From positions 930,001-994,000 of the forward strand of contig OZ316776.1 in NCBI GenBank assembly GCA_973851085.1: a stretch of DNA of 64,000 bases, given 5' to 3'. Within the stretch, counting starts at the first letter, position 1. Each line of letters opens with the position of its first letter. The position numbers and the translations under genes are program-made. Below are positions 51,765 to 64,000 of the stretch, in pieces. This stretch comes from Ptychomitrium polyphyllum (lineage: Eukaryota). Below the pieces are notes generated by a model. The model ran no database searches. It was not told the origin of the DNA and worked only from the letters and a program-made list of their open reading frames with translations.

Positions 51765-54700
51765 TCCTGCGGTCAAGTAGGTGCCTGGCCCTTCCACGGT
51801 TGGCCCTTAAATGCACACAACTCACCTGCAATTCACCAAACATCCACAAAAAACATCAGCAAAGAAATCGAACCTCCAAGCATCATTCCCGCATTCAGTT
51901 CTTTCTTACGGAGCGAATCCGTCATCTAAACCGTCAAAATTCCAGTCTGTCAACTGTACTCTATATGATTCACGTCGACCACTTCACGAAAGCCTGGTCG
52001 AAGACTCGAAGCTAAACTGGAACACCAGTCATGTGTTCCGTGCAATACGAAGAGTTGATAATCACTTGATCACTAAAAGTTGACGCATGAATCCTATCCA
52101 CTTATGATCACCTAATGAGTCGCGAGTCGGGGACATGCTTAGGGTTAATCAAGCACAGTCCCAGTCCCAGTTGCCCGTTCCGTCTTGTTGCACGTCAATG
52201 CAGCACAATGCATACCTGTGAAGCTACTGTACCTCCTTGAGATTGTTACAGGTAGTCGTTCCTCTGATTGCTGGGCACCCACATCTTCACCCCACGACTC
52301 TTAAATGACCACCAGCTCTTTCGTTGAAGAAGGTCGGTTCCACATACCACTTCGGTCACCTAAACCTCTCCAGCACTAGCTTGAATTATTCTTGGTTAAT
52401 AGTGTTCTGCTTCAATCTGTGCACTCAACCCCCTTCATGCATATTCAGAGATAGATTCACGCTGCATGCACATGACCTGATAAGATTGGTATTCAGACTT
52501 GTGAGCAACAATGAGCTTCGAATGAAAAATGCTTGTTTAATCAATGCAGACAACTCTAGCGACTGTGCCGACAGATGAGATAAGCTGAGCTTGTGCTCCA
52601 GTTCCAACAATTGCTTCGTCTCCACAACAGTGATCCCTCCAATTCTTTATGCAAAGAAATAATCTGAGTTTCTAGTCAAACATGAAGCGATCTGGTCGAA
52701 GATTTGGGAGAGTCTAGAGAGACAACCAAGAATCCTGGCGCTGTGACATCCGCTTACACTGTCGACGTCGCTCATGTCCTCGGAGGCCTCTCCTACACTA
52801 TTTCCACGTTCCCCGGGGCTACGTTCCTGTCACATTGGCATGAAATTAGTATTGAGAATTGACATTCCAGTTTAGAATGGAGAACCCAGATCCTTCGGAA
52901 GTTTGGGGGGCTAATTTTGGGGGTTCATTCTCTTCTATCCAGCTCCTACTCCTTGGGGTGGGTCTTTGTACAAGGGTCGCCTTTTTAAAAATTCAATGAA
53001 TAAAGTTGAGAGAAGTACAGTAGCCTTTTCTGCTTTTTGCCCCTTAAGATCCTCAAGGGATTTGCAAGGAATGAAGCCATGTTCCACATTGACTTTGGAC
53101 ATCTGTGTTCGATCCCTTGATGAAATGAGCTTGCTTTGTCCATCAGGAAAAACGACCCAGATGCTGTTGTTACACAGAAAATATGAGAATTATCCCCAAC
53201 AATTCCAGTTTCGTTAGCGAATGAAGTGAGGGCGGTCAGGACCTGGGTGGGGCCAGTGGGAGGGTAAAACTAGATTTGTAGGCTCGGCGGATTCAGTCTA
53301 AGAGACAACTTGGCTGAAATTGGGATGGCTCACAGGTGAAGGATCGCATTGCAAGGGACAAGCAAGCCAAAAATGGCATTGACCAGGGTTCAAGGGACGG
53401 ACCTTTCGCATCTGGGCTTTGCCACTTGAGCATTGGCTTTGGTTAGCAAATGCGTGGGCACACGTCCTCCAGTTGAACTTTAATTGGTCCTAATGTTGTT
53501 CCCATTGGGGGTGCCAACAAAACCATAAGTACACCTGGGAAATATTCACTTACTTGGTTCCAAAGTTGATACGCCTTCATGCTTCGAGTAGGTGGGTGTT
53601 CGAAGCTTGGCCATTTTGATGCCTGTCAACTCATCAACCTCTGCATTTCCTGTAATGTGTGTTTGACAGAAGTACAATCACCAACTTAACCAGTTTTAGC
53701 TGTTTCAGGCAGTTTATTTTTTGGAAACCATTTTCCTTAGCAGGAAGAAAGGCTTCATTCGGAAAGCACATTTTTCAAAGGTATTATTCCCAATATCAAA
53801 ACTATCACAATTATTGAAAGTAAAGGTAATTTATGATTCAGCTCATACAAACTAACTCCTGTGACAAACTAAAATTTGAATGACAAAAAGTAGGGAATAT
53901 AAAGAAATTGAGGAGCACGGACATGGATTTGAAAAAACAACTTACCTCAAAACGATTTCTCTTTCAGAAAAATACATTGCCTTGTTCTGGAACTCTGTCG
54001 TCAGTTAACCACTGCAGGAATCCCACAAACTGCATAGAAGTTCATGAAATTACATACAACCTCCACCATACAGAAGAGTAAAAACAAAAAGGAATAAAAG
54101 AAAAAGGAAATAAAGATATTTAGAAAAATACTTACAAAGCATTGAACTACCTAACCACAAACCGCATACAAGTTAAGTACATTGTACAAAACACCCACCG
54201 GATACAACCCCTACCACGGATAGATGAAAAAATATCAATATAAATTAAAAAAAGAAAATCGTACTACCTGATCTGAGATAGGTATAGGCCAACTGGAATG
54301 GGACTGTGAACAACTGCAAAGTGACACGAATTTAAGTCATGGATCCCACGTGGCACAACGAGACAACCCAAGTAGAGCAAGAAGCTATAAAATATCACTG
54401 GGACCCAGGTGGACAAATTTGCACATGACCTTATCTTGCACACCACCTCTAAGCCTAGAAATGGGTGAGAGAGCAGGTGTCTGATCAAATTTCCATGGTT
54501 CTCTTTCAAGACTAATGCGGCTGGAGTCGCTCCCGGCACTGCAGCTCGATTCGCACGTGAAGTCAAACTTACGCTAGGTGCCTCTGCCCTCCGTCCATTA
54601 CAACTCCGCCTAAATTCCAATGAAACGCAGAAGGAAACACGAGACGAAGCCATGCCACGCTTATTTGAGGAGGATAACTTCAGAGGGCAACATGCGCGGA

Positions 54701-57700
54701 CTCGATCTCATAGCACAACTTCTACATGCATGCATCTTACTGTTCAGACCCACCATATAAACACATACTGAAAAAACTCTCTAGGAGTTCATGATCCTCT
54801 TTGAGTTTTTCTGCCATATATTTTTGGTTTGTATCTAGTCCACCATGTGTTTTTGTGAAGAATGTGTCAATAGAATAATCTTCTACAAAACAAACTACGT
54901 TCGTTTGACAAGCTTGCATGTGGTGTACAATCATTGGCAGTTTCTTGAAACATAAAGCACATCATCCCTCACAGCAAGTTGTTAATAGTAACCCGTAGTC
55001 AAGAACAGTGGCTCGCTGGACAGTTTTTGCAGTTGGTATAGGTGGAAGATAAGACGAGACCATGATGGTGCTTTGGTTCATTTTTAGAATGCTAATGCTA
55101 GGCTGCTAGCAAGCTACAGCTGTGCTCCTTGGTCTTCTTTTTCAATACTACATCGTAGGCACAGTTTTTCAAGTTACTCACGTAATATGCAGGTAGTATA
55201 AACTTGGTAATACGACAATGATACTTAAGGTAACACCTAGGGAAATTGTGGCTACACCTCTCAAGTTTTCTTGCAGATTTTTCATATTTTGAAAAAGCTA
55301 CCAAGTTTCAAGTGTAGCATACCGGCTTAAAATAGCTGAGAAGAAAAATCACCGGTCCTTGTTCTATTAACTATCAATTCAACACATTTAGAGAGCTTGC
55401 AAGGATTGTTTCCATTCTGTATCATCCATTTCAAAATCTCCAACTTGCTCTTTGATGCAATTACCTCCAAACCTGCTCTATAGAAGGAAGAGAGCAATTG
55501 CAGTCTAAGAGCATATCCATTGCACACGCCAAAACAGAAAAATGATGAAAATGAATTTTTTCCTTGAATAATTATAGCTTGAAGTACAGTAACTGCTATT
55601 GGAAGTACTATAGGAAACCATGGGACGTGGAATGAGCAAATTATAACTCTTGCAAGCATGTTAATGCACAGAGGTTCCAAGGATTTGAGATAAAATTTAT
55701 GGAATTAGGAAGAGTTTGATTTGACAAATGCCTAAAGAAGATTCATAGAATTGTTCCAATATTAAAAAAATGGCTTCAATATGCAAATCACAACATATTA
55801 GAAGGAATTTGGAAATGAGTATTGAGAATGTTTTTAAAGAATGTAGAATATATCATGAAATGAATCTCTTGTGTGAAAACTTCTAAGGTGCATATAAAAA
55901 ATTCTTCTAACAACTTTTGTTTTCTACAATGATAAAGGAAAAGAATATATTTTTTCAAACATGATTTAATTATGATCTTGGTTATTGCCATTTAAATGAT
56001 ATACCGTTATCAGATTTTGTATGGAAATTGAAATTTGGACAATATATTGAGTTTGTTGAACATTCAATGGTAAAAAGATTCTTTTTTCCTATGTGTTTGT
56101 TTAATTTTCCAAATATAAATGTAAATAAACATGTTATATTGAATTCTACACCATTATAGTATTTTCTTCAATTATGTTTTATTATCCAATATGGTCTTTA
56201 AAAAGAGTATTGTATGATGATTTGAATTGTGATTTTAAAGTCCTCAAGGTAGCACATAGAGATATTATTAGCACATGTAATGCTTTGGTGTTTATACAAT
56301 TACAATTTTATTATTTATCAAATTGATATCTTTTCATTGAATTGACCTTGTGTTTATAAATAAATAATTTCATTTGAAAATTCAAATGACTTGTGGATGT
56401 AAATTTTACAAAAAAAATATTTCTACGCAACAATGTACTAATATGATTGTATGAACTACAGGTATTAATTGTGTATAAAATCATGTTTTTATAAACAATT
56501 ATAAACAAGTATGACAACCATTACATCTTCAATGTGATGGCATTTGACAATGGTTTTTGTTTCAAGGATGAAGTCTTAAATGAAGTTTCAAAGTAACATT
56601 CAAAATAAAGTTTCAATTGATATGTACAAATAAACAAATGGACATACAAACAATAGAAGATAATAAGGGGGTTTTTTTTTTGTTAATTTAAAAACCTGGT
56701 ATTATGTACAAAATCCTTAAATTGCAATACAAACTAGAAACAATGTTGGTAAATAACTTAAAATTAATTTATAAATAAAGTTACAAAAATTCAATAATTT
56801 CTCAAATTTATATTTGAAAAACAAATATGTATTTATGGATATAAGGTAATCTCTTAAAATAGTTTAAAACCTTATGTATATATTTCTATAAAATTTAATC
56901 AATTTTTTTGTCATTTGTTTTTATATAATATAGATTTTACATTGAAAACTTTTTATGATTACAAGTTCATGTTTTGCATTCTCACACTTATAGATATACA
57001 ATTATTTATTCCTTTTATATTGTTTTATAAAAATAAAAAAATATAAAAAATAAATATATATGTATATATATATATGTATTCAAACATGAATTTGTTTAGA
57101 CAAACATCTTGATATGTAAAGAAGGAATTCGTCCATAATTTTTTATTTTTAATTATTTAGTAGATGAATGAACCAATATCTTAAATTCAAACGCTTAATG
57201 TTTGAAGGTGCTATTTCATTGTATAATGAATTTATCAGAATGACATCTAAGACTTTTTATACAAATCTTCACAAAACATGGTTACACAATATGTGAATTC
57301 ATGTATGTAAACAAATTTTGAACTTTTGCTAATTTGGACATTAAAACTTAGTCATTACACCACTCCACAAGCTATGTTACGTCCTCTAAAACACATTTTG
57401 CACATAACCCACAACCATACCAATAGGGTTTTACTTTCATAAATTATTTGATTCTACTAACTGACAGACCATTTCTTACTCTATATCACTTATTTCCAAA
57501 CCAAAATTTCCAATTTTTCAACAATGGTGGATCCAAACAACTAAAATATTATTTGTTCTTCATTGAGAAACCAATGCGCAAACAACTGCTTTAGGGACAC
57601 TCACTATTCACAAGGACTTACCGACGGTGCACAAAAAGCCTTTGAAAGGTGCTCAAGTTATACAACTAGAGTTGAATTTATTTTGTATTACATATGAGAT

Positions 57701-59199
57701 CCACAACACCTAATCAAGTTTGTTCATAAGCCACTTTAGTGACCAGTTCGCAGTAAAACCATGCGTTTATGTAACACAAAGTTTGGAAGGTTGAATATCA
57801 GCGTTCCAGCTTCTGTTCATGCATCTCGGTGTTTTGAGTTGGGAGATGTTGACCTATGTCAGATCAAGTGTTTGAAGAAGGAGGCTGCCAAGATGAACAA
57901 ATACGCAACTCCGGTGCTAGACACGACAGAGCGATGAAGTTGACTCGATGACGACACTCTTCACAGACTTGCAAACTTGGAGTTTGGTGGCACGGAGCAC
58001 ATGGACTCAAGAATCAGGCTCAACCCATTCCGAGGTTGGTAACATGAACAGACGGCCCCACACAATCCTACCAAACCTCAACGTTAATAATAACTTCCAC
58101 GTAGTTCTTGGTTACCCCGGAACTGCTCCCTGAAAATAAAGAATTAAGAATAAAAAGCAAAAAGTATCAATTTTTAATTCAAGAAGTTCATGATTTCGGT
58201 TTTTCTCTCTTCCGGATTCCAGCTTCTTTTCATTTCACTTCATTTTCATCTTAGAGTAAAACTGGTAAGAACGAACAAGTAAAAGTTAGCCATAGTAAGA
58301 GTACTTTGTAAAAGAAATTTATAGGCTTTTTAAACTAACTGCAACTATTTTGGGGAACCAGAATGGTAAAATTTGGTAAAAAATCGAAGTTCGCTGATGA
58401 AATTCGAAGGTAAGAAAAGCCACAAAATGATCTTATCTGAACTTGTCCTTTTTTTGCTGAAAGAGCAAAAAGGATGGTCCACGGCCGTGACCAACTTGTT
58501 GGCTGGAAAAGAATGACACCATGATACCATGACGCCAGAGTCGGTCTCTGGCGAATCGCGGCGCACGATCGCTGCTCTCAGGAACTCACGAGAATCCTAC
58601 AGAATGATTCCTCGAATCTCACTAAAGCTTGTCATGTTCTTGCAAATGGAGTTTCGCCACTTCTCCGCTTCAAAAACTCCGCTCTGCACGATGCAAACAA
58701 GTGGAGCCACCCAAGCACTTCTCCAGTAGAATCGCAGTCTTTTTGCAGGATGAATAAAATTGCATACCCATAATCGTTACTGTGCACAAAACCACCACTA
58801 TCTATTGGCTCTGTACATTTAGGTGATAGAAAACTACTGAGAGAGTAGAAGCTGTCGGTTTGCGGGTAGAATGACAGATTTAGGCCTCGATCTCGTGTCC
58901 ACATCAGCTACTATGTCGGATGATCTGACGTGAAACCGTTCGGTAAATTTGGCACCGTGATGATTTTAATCTGTAATGTGATAGGTGAGTTTGGTTTTCT
59001 AGTTGGTAGAATCTTCTCGGATTTCATCAGCATCCTAGATCATTCTGTGTAGCTCTTTAACGGAATGTGAGAATTCAGCACGAAGATTTTTTTTTTGTTT
59101 GCGGCCTTTCCGGATAGTTTTACTCGAGCCCCGGGTTCTGACATTTTGTGATGCCTCTGAGTGCTCGGGCTTACGTGTATTTGGGGTCTGCCTACATCA

Positions 59200-60645
59200 G
59201 TTGGCAGTCGCCACAGGGGATTGAGGTTTGAATTGTATGTGAGTTAGCAAGGCAGGGCTCACCGTTCTGTTGATACTACAACAGGTGGAGAATGGGATGG
59301 CAGTGGTTGAGGTAGCTTTGAAACCAGAGGCTAAGGCTTTTGGATGCACACACTTCCATCAGCTGGACTCCAATGATGAGCAGTCAGTGGGCGAATGAGC
59401 GCTGTGGTTAAGAAGCAAGTTTAGTGGAGTTGACATTCGTGTATGTAACTACAGGTGAGTTTGTTGCATGTTCAACGTGTACATTCGGATATTGTAACAC
59501 TTCACGTTATTGGAATCCATGATACGGAGATATTGGACCAGATACTTTGGTAAGGTCATTGCTCTCTAGGATCATGACTAGTGAAGATTTTTGGTCAGGG
59601 AAAGGATAATTAGAAACTTATGATTAGTAAAGGAATGAAACTGTGATGAGGCTATTATAGTATTGGAATATTTTACAGATTTTACAGGACATTGGAACCT
59701 TGTTTACGTTGTTTGTGGTTGCTTTTTTGGGCTGACAGCACGAACAATGCTGCGATCAACAAATTTTCAGATGCATTTGAAGATGCAGTGGTGATGTTTG
59801 AAATATACTATTACAGCGTCAAAAGACTCACAGAAGCGTTGTTGCCCCTGCTGAGACCTTCTCCTCATGGAGCTCGGATAGTGAATGTTTCTCCGTGACG
59901 TGGTCAGTGGCAGGTGCACTGTACTTCACTGCCTTCCGTTGTAGGAAGAATTTAGAATGAGCATCCTATTTTTGTAAGTCAAATCCTTCGACTCGTGAGT
60001 AACTGTTGAGATTGCGTGTTGCAAATTGAGGAGCAATTCTGTAGTACCGTTGTTGCAAGTTGAGACTTGCATGTACATCAATTATATTCGATTTTATTGA
60101 CTGGGATTCATTGCAGCAAGTTTTATTGTAACTTCCTCTTACACAAGAATTTGAGAGGATACCCCAGATGACTTACAACTTTACTAGCCGAACGTCTTTT
60201 GCAGATAGTTGGTGACGACGAGAACATCTAAGGGCAAGTTGAGCAAGCAGTGAAAAACCTGAAAATGGATGTGGTTCGATTTAATCGCTGCCAAATCCTT
60301 GGAGGACCTGAGAAGTGAAAGATTAAAAGAGCTGAAGGCTCTCAAGTTCTATGAATACAGGCTGTGTAAGCTGATGTTAAACACTTTCACACGCATCTTG
60401 GCCGAAGAGCTTTGTAAACGGCCTGCTAGCTACAAAATTTTAGTTAATGCTCCAGAAATTGTCGACACGGACATGACAAGGCGGTATTCTGACAAGTTTT
60501 GATCCACTAGCTCCGCAGCGGAACTGGGATCAAGATCTTGTTAGTGGGCCAGGGTGGCAAGGCACCAGTGTGGCTTGCTCACATGCCGGAGAAAAGCCAT
60601 CCGCAAGGAAAATTCATCATAGCAACGGAAAAAGACAGCTTCTGA
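59200..60645 (+). pseudogene. Short-chain dehydrogenase/reductase (carbonyl reductase / neomenthol dehydrogenase type) pseudogene
   Basis: ELARQG-LTVLL, HFHQLD..DEQSV..*ALWLRSKFSGVDI, NNAAI..YYSVKRLTEALLPLLRPSPHGARIVNVSP*, YRLCK (YxxxK)..NTFTRILA..VDTDMT, APVWLAHMP..PQGKF. Internal stops and frameshifts; introns retained. Confidence 0.85.
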
Positions 60646-62720
60646 TAGGGAAATGTTCAAGGACTTCACTTCAAACTTGCAAATACTTGTAACTAATCTT
60701 CGTCCTTCCATGTCATTTTATATACTTTTGTGAATACTAGCAAACCTTGGATTCCTGCAGTTGAAGAGGTTGCCACTAGGCTTGTAATGAACAGTATATA
60801 ATCGGACCAGCCAGGCGTCTTGGATCTGGCCATTGAATTCCCATGTGGGCCATACTTGGTTTGAAGCATTATTCTTTTACCAGCCAGAAAATTTTCAAGA
60901 CTGCTCCAGGGTAATGATACACGTGATTCTACACCGTGTTGTATATCTTCTGAGTCAACTCAAAATGCTCTGTACTTCAAGGTGATCCTTACAGCTGATG
61001 CAGTAGTCCGATTAAGTGAACACAAGGAATGCAGGACCATTGTACATATGTTTGCACGCGGCTAACATCATTGCTTCAACCTAACGCGGCTAAACAAAAT
61101 TACAGAAACTACATCAATGCTTCATCAAGTCTACAAGCCTCGTATGTACCCACCTCAAAGTTCCACCTGGTAGTTGTGCAGCAATAACTGTCCATTGCCC
61201 CCAAGTAAAACAATTTTCAAACTTAAAATTCAAACCACGAACGCCTTGAAAAAACCGCCATCTGCTGAACGCATCCCTGAATTCCGTTCTTGCGGAAGGA
61301 GAAGCGAAGTTACTTGGAGAAAGAAATCCTCGACAGAAAAGACGAACAAAAGATAGAGAAAGGGAAAAAGAAGAGGAAAGGAAATGGATAAGTTTCAACA
61401 GAGAAGGAAAAGATGGATAAAAGAAGGACACTTTGGGCTTAGTGGATCCAGTCTATCAAGCAAGAAGTTTCGATATTTTCAAAACATCTGCACCGTCGAT
61501 GCGCTTCGATCGACGGCCGAGATGCGATTGTCGGTTTTGCTTCGCGCTCTGCAGTGTCGTTGACGTCCATGGCGATGGCGGCTTGCTTTCCCTTCGCAGC
61601 TCTCTTCTCTGCGGTGTCCGCCGAAGACATCGCAAGTTGCGACTCCTGCGTTGTCGACTTGCGGTAGGTTGCCATAGCCTTACATTCATCTTCTTTCTGA
61701 ACTTTTCCTTGCCGCGAACGGCAGTCAGACGTATCGGATCTCATTGTCTGCTTTCGTTGGATAGGGTTTTGTTTTCCGAACGGCGTGGTGGGAGGTTTGG
61801 TGAAAGCGTTATACTTCTTCTGTTCTGTTGTTGTGAATGCTGTGGAAGGTGGAGTTGTGGTCGGTGGTGGGGTGAGAAAAGTGTGGTGGTGGTTGGTTGG
61901 TGTGATGTTGTGAAGTTCGTGGTCGTTCTGTGTGATGAGAGAAGGTTGCTGGACCTTGGAGTTTATGTTTGTTGACCAGCAGCTTGGCTGTTTAAGTATT
62001 AGGGTTTGCAAAGCTCGTCCTTGTCTGTTTCTTTTTCTTAGGTTATCTATCAGGATGTTGTAAAAGCCTCCGACCTTCGTCAACTTGAGGTGGTATTTGT
62101 TAGGGTTTCCGCATCTTTAGTGTTCGACCTTCGCTTGGGCTCCGTTGAATTTTTCTTTTAGCCGTTTAGCTTAACATGTATGGATAAGATCACGTGCATT
62201 TGCAAAGTTCGTTTCGCCTTGAAATTTACGCCGATCATCTTCATATGTTACTTATTGGTTTTCCTCAAGCTATATCTGCGAAAATTTGAGTTTTCAGACT
62301 TAAGCAGAATACGATTTTTCCAATTCTTTGTGTCTCTTTGAAATCCTGACCAACCTTTTGATATCCTGCTATATCAATTGGGGTTTATTGATAAGTTGAT
62401 CATATCGGTCCCTACTACGATAGAAGGTCGACCCTGTAACTGCGAGAAGTCTCTCGAATGTTTCTATGCGACGACGTATGGGTTTCATGCACTTTCAAAC
62501 TGGGTATATAGAGGGGCTGTTGGAAATGTTGAGCTAGGATATTCATTACTTCAATTCTGAACGTTAATTGTGCATGCTGATGTGAGTGTCACATGAAGGT
62601 TGGATGATAAAGTTCAAATTGATAACTCTTTCTCTTCTGTGTAGGTTGCAAATACTTCCTCACCTGTCTTGGGTGTTGCTCACGCAGTAATTGCAGCGAT
62701 ACAGCTTCCTTCTGTGCAAG

Positions 62721-62917
62721 ATGTCTCGATATGATGATCGTTACAGAGGTGACAGACGCGATGATAGGGGCGGAGGTGGAGGTTACCGAGGTGGCGGGGG
62801 TGGCGGCAGGGGAGGAGATGGAGGGCCGGATGCTGGAGCTACTCGGCTATATGTGGGCCGCCTTTCCACTCGGACAAGAAGCCGGGATTTGGAAGACCTC
62901 TTCGCAAAGTATGGCAG
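62721..62917 (+). CDS. RS2Z: RS2Z-subfamily SR splicing factor (RS2Z32/33-like), first coding exon; gene continues past the window
   Basis: MSRYDDRY...[27 protein letters not shown] then AG|GTATGA donor matches the RS2Z N-terminus ([28 protein letters not shown]). A 5' UTR intron probably spans ~61664-62644, and a long intron follows the exon. Confidence 0.9.
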
Positions 62918-64000
62918 GTATGAAGCTTTTTCACTTGAATCACCTGTTATCAGTAACGGTTGCACGTGGTGGATTCATGTCGATCACTAAGCAGGTGCTG
63001 AGAGCGTTGATAATGCATAATAATTCTCTAGGTTTGCTTCAACGTCAAGTTGGATGTTAATTGGCTAGCTCGTGGTATTTAAAAATTGATTTGTTATCAC
63101 TTTTCTTGGAGGATATCGATGTTACAAAACCTTAGTGGGCCTCAGTTGCATTGGATCAATCACTCGTTGGTACAAGCCTTCTTAATCATATCAGAGAGTT
63201 TAATTCCTGAGTCTCCAAAAGCTCAATCCCGTCCTGCGATATAAAAGATACTCATAATATACAAACTGAGGTACCCAATACCTTCAAGTAAAGGGTACTG
63301 TAATTAGTGTTCTTAGTCCTGTTTAACTTGCGTTCTAATTCTGGGTCAACAACTCCGACCGAGTGATTGTTGAATTAAGGTTTTGTTGCGAACATTAGAT
63401 GGAGTCCGGACACTTACGTCACATACTTGGGGGCTCATAAAAGCATCATTGCTTCATTGAGAAAACTGGAGGATACACAAAGCACAACGTAAAGGTCTTC
63501 ATGAATTACTGTCTAATTGCTCAATCTAAGTTCAAATCCTACTGTTTCGTCATCGTTCAACTGGTTACACCTATACTGATGATTACACTTGCACTGGTTA
63601 AATCAGTTTATTCGTACAGTTATTTGTTGTACGAGGTTGGGAGTAAGGTTATGCGAGCGAATAAGTAATGATAGTATTCAAGTTCGTTACAACTCATGTA
63701 ATTTCAAGACCTGAATTTGATAGTTATGTCCACTATACGTTTGCACTTGCTCGTTATTTATCACATGTCAGTTTCTGGTGAGTGCAAGACAAGTCAGCCT
63801 CGGCAATCACGCAACGGTACTGGATGGGTAGGGCTAAGCCATAATTACTTGCATGATGTTGTTGAAGGTTGGTGGGCTCTCTCACGGCCTGGAGGTGAAT
63901 TTGGTGAGGGGTCTGTGGTGGCACTGGTGGCTTAAGCTCGCGAAGGTAGATGGCAGAGGGAGGCAGAAAGGCGCAGCGTAGAAAGGCGTGGTTCCTTGTA

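Noticed and set aside
50797..51929. Plus-strand ORFs up to 264 aa
   Set aside because: Antisense shadows of the GC-rich UBL coding sequence.
52200..54653. Minus-strand exon-like pieces with a transit-peptide-like start (MASSRVSF...)
   Set aside because: Splice-like signals exist, but I could not build a stop-free model or recognise a family. It may be another relic.
55300..57400. AT-rich tract as a hAT or viral relic
   Set aside because: Probably decayed repeat DNA, but no diagnostic motif or termini were found.
61433..62083. ORFs of 180 aa (+) and 214 aa (-)
   Set aside because: They overlap the low-complexity RS2Z 5' UTR and leader intron and show no recognisable domain.

Overview
Eukaryotic, intron-rich land-plant nuclear DNA. 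Gene content and the kinase family suggest a moss such as Physcomitrium (inference). Most entries in the ORF track are spurious, so I rebuilt gene models by hand from GT-AG splice sites. Apparently intact genes: the 3' half of a 20S proteasome alpha-5 subunit (+, 110-1364), a small plant protein of unknown function with the SPPxFCGSPPxRAxNPL motif (-, 4790-5437), a 13-exon DUF2045/KIAA0930-like gene (-, 28544-34252), a 4-exon membrane-anchored protein with a methyltransferase-like motif (+, 38307-39945), an intronless GC-rich protein of four divergent ubiquitin-like domains (-, 50685-51764), and the start of an RS2Z-type SR splicing factor (+, from 62721). Decayed genes cluster at 37-61 kb: a near full-length PEX6 pseudogene, a protein kinase, a carbonyl-reductase-type SDR, and weaker zinc-finger and UBL relics. 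The 8-27 kb block is gene-free, AT-rich and probably transposon debris. It contains a 4.4 kb element (16668-21059) with ~510 bp terminal inverted repeats, TTAA on both sides and CCCT...AGGG ends, which is a piggyBac-like signature. The two most interesting candidates are this element and the tetra-UBL protein, which has CxCxxC linkers and a single terminal di-glycine.
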